IMG/VR virus record: IMGVR_UViG_3300009826_000003
Location: 2,081 to 66,080 of that record
Length of the DNA: 64,000 nt
Reading direction: 5' to 3' (one strand)
From: a virus
Shown here: positions 34,746 through 44,645 of the stretch, piece after piece
Layout of the letters: every line of letters begins with the position of its first letter
Position numbering within the stretch: position 1 is the first letter of the stretch
Position numbers and translations under genes: made by a program
Notes under the pieces: model-generated
The model's database searches: none
Told to the model about the DNA's origin: nothing
The model's input: only the letters and a program-made list of their open reading frames with translations

Positions 34746-35335
34746 GTAAGGGTCACTCGAAGCGCTCCGCGCGGAAGGGTCGCGGCCAGAAGGCCAGGGC
34801 CACAACGAAAGTCGCTCAGCGTGGCTCTGAGGGCCAGCAAGCGACCACTCCGCGTGGAGATGAGCAGGTCAGGAAGGGGGCAGAGGTCGCGAAATCGCCT
34901 GTGGCAGAAGAGCTTTCGCCAGAGGACCAGGCCGCAGCGACTCAGCGCATGGCGGAGGTCTTCAAAGCGCTTGCTTCCGCGCCTGAAGGCTTTTTGCCTA
35001 TGCTGGAAAGATTAGAGGTCAATTATCAGATTGTTCCGCTTTCCGCTGAAAGCGCGCAGACTGTTCTATTCGAAGTCTCTGAAAGTGACTCTGACTCAAT
35101 GTATTTGGTGGTCAAGATGACTGACCTAATAGAAGGCGAAGAGCGAAATCAAAAACAAGGTTCGCTGCTGGATCGCTTGTCTGTCGAGAAACCTGGTGAT
35201 AAGGTAGCTAAATTGGCAAAACGGTTGTCTGGCTTCGGAATTCGGTCGGATGTTTTTGGACTGAATGCCGACAATCTGCCAAAACCTGTATGGGACAAGA
35301 TAATTGGAGAGGATCAAAAAGAAGGTGACTGCTAA
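34742..35335 (+). CDS. Hypothetical protein
   Basis: 197 aa, GTGA overlap. Confidence 0.7.
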   Translation: MSKGHSKRSARKGRGQKARATTKVAQRGSEGQQATTPRGDEQVRKGAEVAKSPVAEELSPEDQAAATQRMAEVFKALASAPEGFLPMLERLEVNYQIVPLSAESAQTVLFEVSESDSDSMYLVVKMTDLIEGEERNQKQGSLLDRLSVEKPGDKVAKLAKRLSGFGIRSDVFGLNADNLPKPVWDKIIGEDQKEGDC

Positions 35336-35702
35336 TCCAAATCCGCACAATACTTTACGGAGGGTGCGTGGATCAGCTAGTCTTTACCGTTGTGTAGACT
35401 GCGGAAAGCAAGCGCGGGATTGGTCGCATACTCATAAAACAGACCCAGATGATATAGACAATTATCATCCACGTTGCGCTATTTGTCATAAACAATACGA
35501 TAAAGAATCGTATTGGGAGAATGAAGAGTATAGAAAGAAACAATTGGCAATGCCGCAACGTCAAAGCTCTTTATCTGAAGATCAAAAAGAGCAATTGGTG
35601 ACATTGTATGCTACAGGTAAGTACACGCAAAAACAATTGGCAGAAAGGTTTGGAGTATGTCAGAAAACGATCTCTATTTGGACAAGAAAAGGGAAAAGAT
35701 AA
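35325..35702 (+). CDS. HNH endonuclease-like protein with C-terminal HTH
   Basis: RCVDCG...WSH...NYHPRCAICHKQYD; YTQKQLAERFGVCQKTIS. Confidence 0.75.
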   Translation: MTANPNPHNTLRRVRGSASLYRCVDCGKQARDWSHTHKTDPDDIDNYHPRCAICHKQYDKESYWENEEYRKKQLAMPQRQSSLSEDQKEQLVTLYATGKYTQKQLAERFGVCQKTISIWTRKGKR

Positions 35703-35878
35703 TGGCTTGGTACGGTATTTTGTTTGTATGCTTAGGCTTTAGCATTTGGAGTCTTGTGTGCGCAATGGTCGGAGCGTCAATTGTGATGACCACGCGCAGG
35801 CAAGCCGATATTGTGAGAGCAGCAGCAGAACAATCGAAATGGCAAGCGCCAGATGACATTTCGGAAATGGGCGAATGA
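35702..35878 (+). CDS. Small membrane protein
   Basis: MAWYGILFVCLGFSIWSLVC... Confidence 0.65.
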   Translation: MAWYGILFVCLGFSIWSLVCAMVGASIVMTTRRQADIVRAAAEQSKWQAPDDISEMGE

Positions 35879-35970
35879 ACTGGAATATCGTCTATCATAT
35901 CGCTAACGCAATTAACGCAATCGCCGTTATCTATCTTCTGATAGAAAGGCATTTTAGAGAATGGAAATAA
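35875..35970 (+). CDS. 31-aa membrane peptide missed by ORF track
   Basis: MNWNIVYHIANAINAIAVIYLLIERHFREWK; ATGA overlap. Confidence 0.55.
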   Translation: MNWNIVYHIANAINAIAVIYLLIERHFREWK

Positions 35971-35976
35971 AAAGGA

Positions 35977-36300
35977 ATGGATGACACGCTTATTCCTGTC
36001 TTCAGACATGCTGGCCAGCAGGACAAAAGGATGTTACGGCATTCTCACGGCTCGAAAGATATTGGCGCACAAGGGAAGTCGATTATCGAAAAGCTCCAAG
36101 ACGATATGGATAGGCAACGAAAGAAGCTGGAAGCCATCGTAACTAAGTATGGTAAAGATGTTCCTATTGAAATAGCATTTCAATTTGAGAGACAACGCGG
36201 AAGGTATGAAGGGATCGCAGCATCTTTAGCTAGAATGCGGAATTCGTCTGTGGCAGAAGAGATTTCGCGGAGTGATGAAAGGTTGGGAATTGAACAATGA
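35977..36300 (+). CDS. Hypothetical protein
   Basis: 107 aa, coiled-coil. Confidence 0.65.
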   Translation: MDDTLIPVFRHAGQQDKRMLRHSHGSKDIGAQGKSIIEKLQDDMDRQRKKLEAIVTKYGKDVPIEIAFQFERQRGRYEGIAASLARMRNSSVAEEISRSDERLGIEQ

Positions 36301-36488
36301 CCACCTCATTCGAAGAGGAATTAACGAAACTCATCAACAGGCATAGCATCGAAAATCAAAGCGACACACCAGATTTCATCTTGGCGCAGTATGTGCGTAA
36401 TTGTCTCCATGCGTACAATGTTGCTGTTCTGCGAAGGGATAAATGGTATGGCGAACAGGGATTAAAGAAAATAGGGTTAAAGCCATGA
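36297..36488 (+). CDS. Small hypothetical protein
   Basis: INRHSIENQSDTPDFILAQY; ATGA overlaps. Confidence 0.7.
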   Translation: MTTSFEEELTKLINRHSIENQSDTPDFILAQYVRNCLHAYNVAVLRRDKWYGEQGLKKIGLKP

Positions 36489-36820
36489 GTGTATGCATTG
36501 ACCCTACGCGCGATTGGGCTAGTTTAGTTATGGGAGTGGTTGCGGGACAAGCTCTTTGGTCGCTTGGCCGAAATGTGTTTGTTCGAACGCAAACGCGGAC
36601 CACGCATGACATCGCCAGGGAAGTTCATTCGCGCACGTTGGTTCCGCTTGTGTGGACAACTGATGAAAATGGCGACGATAAGCTAACGCTCCAAAACGGT
36701 TGTGAGATAGGCATTCCCGCGCGGCAGGCCAGATTGACTAAGCGGAATTTCGATGAAATTGTTGACCGCATCGTGAAAGTTGTTGAGGAACAACATAATT
36801 CAGAGGATTACGATGATTGA
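36485..36820 (+). CDS. Hypothetical membrane-anchored protein
   Basis: Start moved to ATG 36485. Confidence 0.6.
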   Translation: MSVCIDPTRDWASLVMGVVAGQALWSLGRNVFVRTQTRTTHDIAREVHSRTLVPLVWTTDENGDDKLTLQNGCEIGIPARQARLTKRNFDEIVDRIVKVVEEQHNSEDYDD

Positions 36821-37520
36821 AAAGAAGGCGATACCTATGTTTGTTGGACCGCGCAAGGCGGAATGGCGTGCTTCCGCGCGGGTTATGAAGCCGGATATTG
36901 TGGAGCATCCGCGAAATGCGTTGCCTCTGTTGGCTTTTGATCCTGGCCAGACAACCGGATGGAGCCTAATTGTATTGCCGCGCAAGGGTTTAGATGGAAA
37001 AGACATCTTCTCCTCAAATTTCGAGACTCTTCTATTGAACCGTTTAGAATGGCGGCATGGCCAAATCAATTGTGAGCACGAAGATTTCGGAGCGCGCGAA
37101 ATGATGAAGCTTTGCGAAAAATGGCCCAACGCAGCGGTTTTGGTGGAGGATTTTATATTGCGCGCCAATCGAAATGAAATGACGCGAAATCTGTTGTCTC
37201 CGGTAAGGGTTACAGCGAAATTAGAGCACTATTTGTGGAGGGTAGGTAGACAAATGATATTGCAACAGCCATCAATGGCGAAAACAACTGTGACAGATGA
37301 CCGGCTGAAAATCTGGAATTGCTATGTACCTGGACAACCTCACGCGCGGGATGCTGACCGGCATATATTGACCTACATTCGCAGATGCTATGGGCCACAA
37401 GGGGTTTCCGCGCGCTTAGCGGCTTGGCCTTACGCTTATGAAGTTAAGGTAGATAGCGGCAGAAAAGGTAAGGAGGTGAAAGGTGTTGTAAGAGAAGGTG
37501 TTTCGGTGGTGTCCAAATGA
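36813..37520 (+). CDS. RuvC-like Holliday junction resolvase
   Basis: LLAFDPGQTTGW, VLVEDF, HARDA acidic motifs. Confidence 0.75.
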   Translation: MIEKKAIPMFVGPRKAEWRASARVMKPDIVEHPRNALPLLAFDPGQTTGWSLIVLPRKGLDGKDIFSSNFETLLLNRLEWRHGQINCEHEDFGAREMMKLCEKWPNAAVLVEDFILRANRNEMTRNLLSPVRVTAKLEHYLWRVGRQMILQQPSMAKTTVTDDRLKIWNCYVPGQPHARDADRHILTYIRRCYGPQGVSARLAAWPYAYEVKVDSGRKGKEVKGVVREGVSVVSK

Positions 37521-37810
37521 ACTGGTTTAAGAGCGCAAACAATAGACATCACTATTTGCGAATAGTTAGCGGTCCAGCGCAGGGTAGAACCGTTGAATAT
37601 TACGGAACGCCGAAAGTCATTGTGATAGCGGAAGTTTCGAAGGTTGGCCTAGTGGATCGCACTTTTTGGCATGACTATAGCCAGAACAAATACGGCAATT
37701 ACGCGCATTCCCGCGATTGTCGCTGTAATTGGCATGAAGGAAGGGTGGAAACCATTCGCGCTTCTGTTAAGGAAAATGACAATGAAATACGCGATCAATC
37801 AAGGGAATAG
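37517..37810 (+). CDS. Hypothetical protein
   Basis: 97 aa, ATGA overlap. Confidence 0.6.
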   Translation: MNWFKSANNRHHYLRIVSGPAQGRTVEYYGTPKVIVIAEVSKVGLVDRTFWHDYSQNKYGNYAHSRDCRCNWHEGRVETIRASVKENDNEIRDQSRE

Positions 37811-37985
37811 AGACCGCACTTTATCATGGACTTGCGAATTAGGTTTGGAGCTATTCCTTCGCGACTATGCAAGGGAAATGGGAATATCTCTTTCGTCGGC
37901 AATTAGGAGGTTGGTGCTTATTGGCGCGCGTTGTGAAAAAGAGCATTCGAAATCTGTTCCTTCCCAAGATATTTCAACACTCTAA
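37776..37985 (+). CDS. Ribbon-helix-helix-like DNA-binding protein
   Basis: RTLSWT...LRDYAREMGISLSSAIRRLV. Confidence 0.65.
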   Translation: MTMKYAINQGNRDRTLSWTCELGLELFLRDYAREMGISLSSAIRRLVLIGARCEKEHSKSVPSQDISTL

Positions 37986-38006
37986 GGGTCGAAGAAAGAA
38001 CGGAGA

Positions 38007-38192
38007 ATGATTAACGTTGTATGCGACAACTGCCAAAAAGTGTTGCGGGACAGTCCATCTGAGGGAGAGGTGAATTTCCAACCAGAGAAAAGAGTAACGC
38101 TTATAATGCAAATTCAGGGAACCGGGTCACGTCCAATTGATATGGATTTGTGTGTTGCCTGCGCTAAAAAGTACATAGCGAAATTGCGCTAA
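38007..38192 (+). CDS. Small zinc-binding protein
   Basis: CDNC...DLCVAC. Confidence 0.65.
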   Translation: MINVVCDNCQKVLRDSPSEGEVNFQPEKRVTLIMQIQGTGSRPIDMDLCVACAKKYIAKLR

Positions 38193-38208
38193 TGACTAAG
38201 AAGGGGAA

Positions 38209-38487
38209 ATGAAAAGAGAGCCTAAATTGTGGAGATATTGTCCCTGGTGCGGACATCGAATTCATTACCATTCGAATAAAGGATGTCGAGTTAATCAGGC
38301 CATCGAAAGCAAGGTTCCCACAAAAGGTGAAAAGGTGATTTTGGATGAAACGCTGGAAGGGCCGGAAATCGTAACTGTAGCAACGGGTTTGGAAGGGAGC
38401 GAAAATCATCAGCTTGTGTTAGTTAACCGAAAATGCGAATGCAAAGCACAATCTGACCTTTTTGATTTAATTAGTGAACCTAAATAA
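38209..38487 (+). CDS. Small Cys-containing hypothetical protein
   Basis: YCPWCGH...C...CEC. Confidence 0.6.
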   Translation: MKREPKLWRYCPWCGHRIHYHSNKGCRVNQAIESKVPTKGEKVILDETLEGPEIVTVATGLEGSENHQLVLVNRKCECKAQSDLFDLISEPK

Positions 38488-38624
38488 TTGGTGGTTGGGT
38501 TGTGAACAGCCTGTGGATAAAGCTGTGGATAACACAACATATGGGCATAGTTAGACTGTCTAACCACAAAATAGAGGTTAAATTCGAGATTGAATGAATA
38601 ATGACTTTTGTTTATACAAAAGCC

Positions 38625-38683
38625 TTGACCTGCGGCGATGTCGCGCGTAGGGTGAAACGAAGGCGTTGTTACACAACGTTTTT
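38625..38683 (+). promoter_or_regulatory. Promoter with overlapping dyad upstream of primase-helicase
   Basis: TTGACC-N17-TAGGGT followed by GAAGGCGTTG-TTACA-CAACGTTTTC. Confidence 0.5.
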
Positions 38684-38803
38684 CAACCGGATAACAATAT
38701 ACTCGATCGCTGCGAAGCGGTCCTAAAAAAGCATGTTGTATCGTTGTTACGAAAACCTTTGCGTCCGTTAGGTTTTCGTAAGGGTCGAAAGGGGAATGGA
38801 ATA

Positions 38804-41800
38804 GTGGATTTTGTGCGCCATTTTGGGTCAGCACGTCCGTATGGTGACTTTGCGAAGAAGTACCGCGAAAATGGTTGGAAGAATCCAATTCCCTTACCTG
38901 CTAAAAAGAAGGGACCACCTCCAAAGGGCACAACTGGCCATAATGCGCCAAATGTAAACGGAGAGCTTATATCTCACTGGATCGAAAGAGAACCGAAAAA
39001 CAATATCGGGTTGCGTTTGCATTCAATAGAATTCGGTGACTGGAAATTTGATGCTCAAAACGATCAGTGGCAGGATTTAGAGAATAAGACTTTCGACGTA
39101 ATTGGGATTGATATAGACGAACATCCAGAAGAAGATAAAACCGGATGGTCTCAATATCTCACTCTTGCAGAAGGTTACAAACACAAAGGAAAAGTGGTGA
39201 AAGGTCTTGGGCCACTACCGAATACCTGGACCTCTTCCGCGCGGAGTAATTCGAAAGCCGGAATTCGCTTCTTTTTAGCTCCTAGTGGTCTCTATTGGCG
39301 CGGTGACTGTGGACGCTTCGGATCGAATATTGATGTAATTTCGCCTGCGTACCGTTTCGCTGTTGTATTTCCTAGCTTTCATCCAAAAGCCGGAAATGAC
39401 GGTATCGGCCAATATCTTTGGTACGCACCAGGTTTCGCGCCTGATGGCCAGGACTTTTCTGCGGAAATCCCGAAGGTGAAAGAGCTTCCGCTGTTGCCGG
39501 ATTCTTGGGTCGAATTTCTGACTCAGGGTTATATCAAGTACGAAGCTATCCCAATGGATATGACCTCTAGTTACGAAGAGTTAAAGTCTTGGGCCACAGT
39601 ATATTTCGCGAATCATAAAGGTATGTGCAAGAGCGATGATCCACGAAAGCCGGGTATGGAGGATCGCCTAGCGAAAAGGCTTGCGGAGCTTAATGATTCG
39701 GAAGAGGGTTTAGATCGCGGGTCTCATCCTTTGTTAACGAAGGTCCATTATGAGTTTTTTAGTATGGGATCAGTGAATGGTCACACTGGTTGGATGACGG
39801 CAATTAAGGAGTTTGAAAACGCTTGGCGCGCAGACGTTTTGGCGCGTCATAAGCGGACTACGAAAGAAGCCGATTCTGAAATTGAGCGGTCTAGAACTGG
39901 CGCGCTGCGAAAGCTCAAGGGAAAATGGGAAGAGTTTGCGGTTAATGGCAATTCCTATTTTAAGGATTATGACCCTTGTATAGCGGACGCTAGTCCAAAC
40001 GGTGACTGTGGCGGCTCGAAAGATGTTGAGGGAGCGGTACTTTCAAGGGAAGCAAAGTTGGCGGAGGCCAAACTTTCGGTTGTCGGTAAAGGCTTTAGTG
40101 GTGACTGGATTACTAAGGGCGACAACGGAATTGGCGAGAAGGGCGGAAGCGGAAGTGAGGGTAGCGGTAAAGGTAAGACTGGTGAAGGTGGAGGGTTAGC
40201 AACGGGCGGAGGGTTTCCGCGCACGAAGGCCAGAGAACCGGGCGACTATGAGCTAAACGATGACGGCAACGCAAAGCACTTCCTAGATTTGCACAAAGGC
40301 TATATTCTCTGGATTCCTAATGGCCCCTGTAATTGGCTGTTGTGGTACCCGAAAGCTATAAGACGGCCTAGTGTTGGTGGTGGCGTAGGGGATGGCGTAA
40401 CTGTCGAGGGCGGAAGGTGGCGGTTTGACGAAATCGACCTAACCGCAACGCTTTTCAGGAGGGTCAAGGAACGCCAGCAGAAGTATGCGAAAAAGTTGAC
40501 GGCTGACTACATGAGGGTAAAGGGCCAAAGCGGAAGCCAGGCTAATAAGGGACTAGGTACTCTGGCGAAACGGTGGGAGAATTGGGCCAATAGGAGCGGC
40601 TTTCATGGTGCTATCAAGAGCGCGCTAAGCGCAGCGAAAAGCGTTCGCGGAGGCCAAATTTCGGTACTGTTTGAGGAACTAGACGCCGACAGAAGGGTAC
40701 TAGGGTGCAATGGCCAGGTCATTAAAATTGAGCGGGATGGCCAAATTTCGATCATGGAAAATAGTCGAGAGTTGTTGATTACCAAGGATACTCACGTTAA
40801 ATACCTACCGCTCAAGGAACAACGCCGTCTAATAAAGGAACCGGGGTATTATCAGTATCTCGAATTGAGTTTGGCAGAGGTGGAGAATTTAGAAAGGGGC
40901 TATTTCGCCTTTCGCCTCTTTTTAAAGCGTTTTCGCCCGATGGACGATTTAGGGTATTTCCAAAAGCTTTGCGGGAGCGTGCTTTTGGGCGATACGCCAG
41001 AAAAGGCGGTTTGGTTCTTTTGGGGCGAACCGGATTCCGGCAAGACGACGATGATCGAGTTGCTGCGAAAAACGTTGGGGGACTACGCTTGTGCGCGGTC
41101 GCCGGATATTTTCAAGAGTGTTCACCTTAACCCGGCTTTAGCGACCGCGTTAAGTATGAGACTTATGGCGGTACATGAAATGGGCGATAATGAGATAAAT
41201 TGCCCGCTATTTAAGACCCTCAGCGGCGGAGACCAGGTCGCCGTTGAAATGAAGGGCCAAAATAACATCATCACCGACGTTCCCCAATTCACGGTAATCG
41301 TTGACACCAACACGATTCCGCGCGTCCCTAATGAAGATTTAGCCTTTCGAAATAGGTTGCGGGTCATAAGGTTTCGGCATAAAGCGACGGATTGGGAAAA
41401 AGGCAAGGAAGGCAAAAAGGCGCAGCAAGAGCTTTACGAATTCGGCAGGGAAGCCTGTTTAGCCTGGCTAGTTGAGGGAGCAAGCCGATACGTTACGGAA
41501 GGGCTAGATCCTGTACCGGACGAAATTAGGCTAGCGACAACGGAATTCACTTCGCAGCTAAGCGACATTTCGGTTTTCGTGGAGGAATGTTTGGTTAAGA
41601 AGGAGGGCGAATTTACGCGAAATGAGGATATTAAGGCTTATTTGGAGGCTTGGCTATTAAGGAATAATTTGGATTTAAGGGGATGGACGCAATCGAAGAT
41701 TACCCAAAGGCTTAAGGATATGGGTTACACTAATGGCGTGAAAAAGGTAGAAAGGTCAGATGGAAAGGGTAAGACGGCAAGTAGAGGTTTTTTCGACGTT

Positions 41801-41830
41801 ACATTGCGTCATCCAAAAGGCGAAATATAG
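38804..41830 (+). CDS. Bifunctional primase/polymerase fused to SF3 (D5/P4-type) helicase
   Basis: IGLRL...IGIDID prim-pol-like N-terminus; GEPDSGKT Walker A, VHEM Walker B. Start moved to GTG 38804. Confidence 0.85.
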   Translation: MDFVRHFGSARPYGDFAKKYRENGWKNPIPLPAKKKGPPPKGTTGHNAPNVNGELISHWIEREPKNNIGLRLHSIEFGDWKFDAQNDQWQDLENKTFDVIGIDIDEHPEEDKTGWSQYLTLAEGYKHKGKVVKGLGPLPNTWTSSARSNSKAGIRFFLAPSGLYWRGDCGRFGSNIDVISPAYRFAVVFPSFHPKAGNDGIGQYLWYAPGFAPDGQDFSAEIPKVKELPLLPDSWVEFLTQGYIKYEAIPMDMTSSYEELKSWATVYFANHKGMCKSDDPRKPGMEDRLAKRLAELNDSEEGLDRGSHPLLTKVHYEFFSMGSVNGHTGWMTAIKEFENAWRADVLARHKRTTKEADSEIERSRTGALRKLKGKWEEFAVNGNSYFKDYDPCIADASPNGDCGGSKDVEGAVLSREAKLAEAKLSVVGKGFSGDWITKGDNGIGEKGGSGSEGSGKGKTGEGGGLATGGGFPRTKAREPGDYELNDDGNAKHFLDLHKGYILWIPNGPCNWLLWYPKAIRRPSVGGGVGDGVTVEGGRWRFDEIDLTATLFRRVKERQQKYAKKLTADYMRVKGQSGSQANKGLGTLAKRWENWANRSGFHGAIKSALSAAKSVRGGQISVLFEELDADRRVLGCNGQVIKIERDGQISIMENSRELLITKDTHVKYLPLKEQRRLIKEPGYYQYLELSLAEVENLERGYFAFRLFLKRFRPMDDLGYFQKLCGSVLLGDTPEKAVWFFWGEPDSGKTTMIELLRKTLGDYACARSPDIFKSVHLNPALATALSMRLMAVHEMGDNEINCPLFKTLSGGDQVAVEMKGQNNIITDVPQFTVIVDTNTIPRVPNEDLAFRNRLRVIRFRHKATDWEKGKEGKKAQQELYEFGREACLAWLVEGASRYVTEGLDPVPDEIRLATTEFTSQLSDISVFVEECLVKKEGEFTRNEDIKAYLEAWLLRNNLDLRGWTQSKITQRLKDMGYTNGVKKVERSDGKGKTASRGFFDVTLRHPKGEI

Positions 41831-41832
41831 GC

Positions 41833-42227
41833 ACGGTTACACTTTTGAAAGTGTAACCGTTTTGGTTAGGGAAAGCCGTTGTGGGAGAGGGGATTACGGA
41901 ATGAGGTGGAATAGAGGTACGGTTACACTTTTTTGGAGTGTAACCGGGGGCGAAATGGCCTGTTACAGAAGTGAATTCGGGGAGGGAGTGTAACCGGAGT
42001 TTGGGCAGGTCGGATAGGTTAAATGGTGGTAAGGTTACAGTTACACTTTAAGTTGAATAGATATGAAGGAAAAGTAGTTAGCTATGCTAATAAAAAATGG
42101 TGCGGGGGTATTGCGTTTTATAAAAAAGAACTGGACCCAAAGTGTAACCGTAACCGCTTGTCCAGCAAACACTTTCGGACCTGCGAAAATGCTTGCGGCG
42201 CGACGCATTTCGCCTGGTTACACTTTT
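41833..42227. repeat. Cluster of GGTTACACT/AGTGTAACC iteron-like repeats (candidate origin)
   Basis: Inverted pairs 41833-41860 and 41920-41946; further copies at about 41987, 42033, 42139, 42216. Confidence 0.8.
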
Positions 42228-42298
42228 GAAAAATTCGAAGTCGAGTAACAAATCGCAGGTCAGCGCTTTTTGTATAATGTTAGCTGAGAAAGGAGACC

Positions 42299-42443
42299 GA
42301 AATATGTTGTGTAACAACATCTTTCGATTAGAGACCGAAAAGCGTTGTGCGACAACGCTTTTCGCCAAATTGAGCGCAGCGCAAAACAACGAAAGTTGTT
42401 GTGCGCGAAGCGAATTGAAAAGCCTTGCAACGCAAGGGTTTTC
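42299..42443. repeat. Three 11-bp/5-nt-loop dyads
   Basis: 42299-42325, 42337-42363 (perfect) and 42417-42443; same geometry as the array hairpin cores. Confidence 0.8.
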
Positions 42444-42521
42444 GGATTTCGCGCGAGCAAGCGCGAGCGCCAACCCCTCCGCGAAGTTTTCAACCGAAAA
42501 AGTGAAAAAGGGTGAATTAGC

Positions 42522-42917
42522 ATGTCAACACCATTAGACCCGTCAAATTTACCGGACGGCAATTCCGAATATTGTTGGGGGAGTGGAATTTTCCCACCAG
42601 GCATAGCCTCCAATATCGGCCAGCAAAACCAGCAAGACGATTTCGGAGAGGACTACCCCTCTCAAGGTCTTCAGGCCAAACATTCAGGCGGGTACGAAAA
42701 CCCAATTACCGGCTCAGGCCCCGACGGTTACGCTTTAGCCGTTGCCGCGCGAAGAACTGATACATTAGATAGTGATTCGCCGATTGATTTCGAAATAGAA
42801 GGTAACGTAGATCGTTACGGACCTAATCCCGCTTTGGTTCAAGAGCCGCCACAACCAAACGTTCCTTGGTGGACCGAATTCGAAATTCTCCCACCGGAAA
42901 CGCCAAGAGCGCCATAA
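42522..42917 (+). CDS. Acidic hypothetical protein
   Basis: 131 aa, first gene after the non-coding region. Confidence 0.65.
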   Translation: MSTPLDPSNLPDGNSEYCWGSGIFPPGIASNIGQQNQQDDFGEDYPSQGLQAKHSGGYENPITGSGPDGYALAVAARRTDTLDSDSPIDFEIEGNVDRYGPNPALVQEPPQPNVPWWTEFEILPPETPRAP

Positions 42918-43017
42918 TAAATTAGGAGCACGCGCACCTTAACCAGCACACCACACCGCGGAACCCCAACTAGCACAAAGGATTTCAAAAGAACAATCAA
43001 TTTGAATTGGAGTTGAA

Positions 43018-43242
43018 ATGAGAAACAAGCAAGCGATCCTCTTAGTCATCTTAGGCGTTGTTATTCTGTTGATGCTCTTAGCTTTTTGTGACAGGCCAGA
43101 GGACAACCAAATTCACCCGAAACATCCTTATCAGCAACGGGATTCGACCATCTATTACAGGGAGCCACCAGACAACCGACAACCAATTGTCATCAATTAT
43201 CCTGACCCGCTGCTAAATTCACCTTACTACGGAGCGCGCTAA
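43018..43242 (+). CDS. Small membrane/secreted protein
   Basis: Signal-like hydrophobic N-terminus ending LLAFC. Confidence 0.65.
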   Translation: MRNKQAILLVILGVVILLMLLAFCDRPEDNQIHPKHPYQQRDSTIYYREPPDNRQPIVINYPDPLLNSPYYGAR

Positions 43243-44286
43243 ATGACGAAACCTCCACTCCCACAACAAGATTCAGACAACAGCCAAAATAGTTCTCAGG
43301 TGCAACTAGTTGGAAGCGCGGAAGGTCCAGACGTTTTCGTAGCGACAATAGGAATGAACCTTCCTACCTTTACCAAAACAAAGGAGCAATTCGAACAGGA
43401 AGCTATAGCTAAAGGTGAAAAACCATCTATTCGCGACTTTCTTAAATGGCACGTTCCCCTATTGATGCGCGGAGACTTCCGGCCGCAAGACCTCGCGAAT
43501 TATGACCCTAACAAGAAATACCGCACAGACCCGACAGGCCGGTTACTTTGTTACGGTTACACAAAAGCCGGTTTCCGTTGCAAGCATTTAGCGGTTAACC
43601 GTTATCCGCGCTGCAAATTTCACGGAGGCCAGCTTCACCCGTTTGATAAGATCAAGCCTCCTGCCACCAGCGCGGAATCCCTTGGCGCACAGGAGAATTC
43701 GCGCGAAAAATCACGCTATCGTTTATTTCAGGAAGGATTACTGACCACCGACGATTTAGACGACGAAGAGCTAGCGACCTGTTCTTTTCGCGGATCAAAC
43801 GGCAGATTATACAAGCCGAAAACGGTTTCTCGCGAAATGGCGCACGCTTTCACGCGCGCAATTTTCGACCGCGCACAGACTGAAATGCGAAGTCACACAG
43901 TCGAAGCCGCGAAGACGATAGCCCAAATAATGATGGATGACCACAACGATCCAGAAATTCGGTTAAAGGCCGCGAAGGAACTAATTGAGCGCAACTTAGG
44001 ACGCACGCCTCAAGTTGTCGCGATAACGGCAACCGCGCCTTGGGAGCAGATTTTCGACGGAATCGCTTCTGGCACAAGGGAAGAGAGCCGCGCCAAAAGG
44101 CAAATAGAAACCACGCGCGGAGACACGCCACCAAATCAACCAAAACCGTTGCAACAACCGGCAATAGACGCGGAGGTGATAGAAGACCAAGAAGCACACA
44201 AACCCAAAGACAGGCTATTTGAGCGCAACCCGGCAATTCTGGCGCAGACACTCGAAATCGACCCTGACGCTGAGCCGCCGCGCTAG
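43243..44286 (+). CDS. Putative terminase small subunit
   Basis: C...C...RCKFHGG motif, helical core, position upstream of terL. Confidence 0.55.
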   Translation: MTKPPLPQQDSDNSQNSSQVQLVGSAEGPDVFVATIGMNLPTFTKTKEQFEQEAIAKGEKPSIRDFLKWHVPLLMRGDFRPQDLANYDPNKKYRTDPTGRLLCYGYTKAGFRCKHLAVNRYPRCKFHGGQLHPFDKIKPPATSAESLGAQENSREKSRYRLFQEGLLTTDDLDDEELATCSFRGSNGRLYKPKTVSREMAHAFTRAIFDRAQTEMRSHTVEAAKTIAQIMMDDHNDPEIRLKAAKELIERNLGRTPQVVAITATAPWEQIFDGIASGTREESRAKRQIETTRGDTPPNQPKPLQQPAIDAEVIEDQEAHKPKDRLFERNPAILAQTLEIDPDAEPPR

Positions 44287-44418
44287 CCAACCCCACGCGG
44301 AAACCGCAGGGTCAGGGTGCTTGACCTCGCAGGCGGAGCGGAGTAAAGTCCCTGGTGGGACGCGAAAAGCGCTCCGCCACAACACATTTCGAGCGAAATT
44401 TCGAGAAAGGGTCGAAAA

Positions 44419-44619
44419 ATGGGACAAGTTGGGCAAAGGCCAAAACAATTCAACCCAATCCAGCGATACAAGGACAATACGGACGATTTGCTTTTGACAC
44501 AGGCAGTTGTCGAAAAACGTTATCGTAACCGTCCAATCTCCGATTTCACCGGATTCAAAGAATCCACGAAATCGAAGAGCGTACCGCCAATGCCGCCAAG
44601 GGAGCCAGGCGGTCTGTAA
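44419..44619 (+). CDS. Small hypothetical protein
   Basis: 66 aa, GAAAGGG RBS. Confidence 0.55.
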   Translation: MGQVGQRPKQFNPIQRYKDNTDDLLLTQAVVEKRYRNRPISDFTGFKESTKSKSVPPMPPREPGGL

Positions 44620-44645
44620 TCGAAAGGTAAACGGAGGCAACCCAT

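Noticed and set aside
35325-35702. HNH gene as marker of a group I intron
   Set aside because: It overlaps flanking genes in operon fashion and does not interrupt a conserved gene; treated as a free-standing HNH.
41760-42613. ORFs over the iteron and dyad region
   Set aside because: They are by-products of repeats and palindromes and lack RBS or protein motifs.
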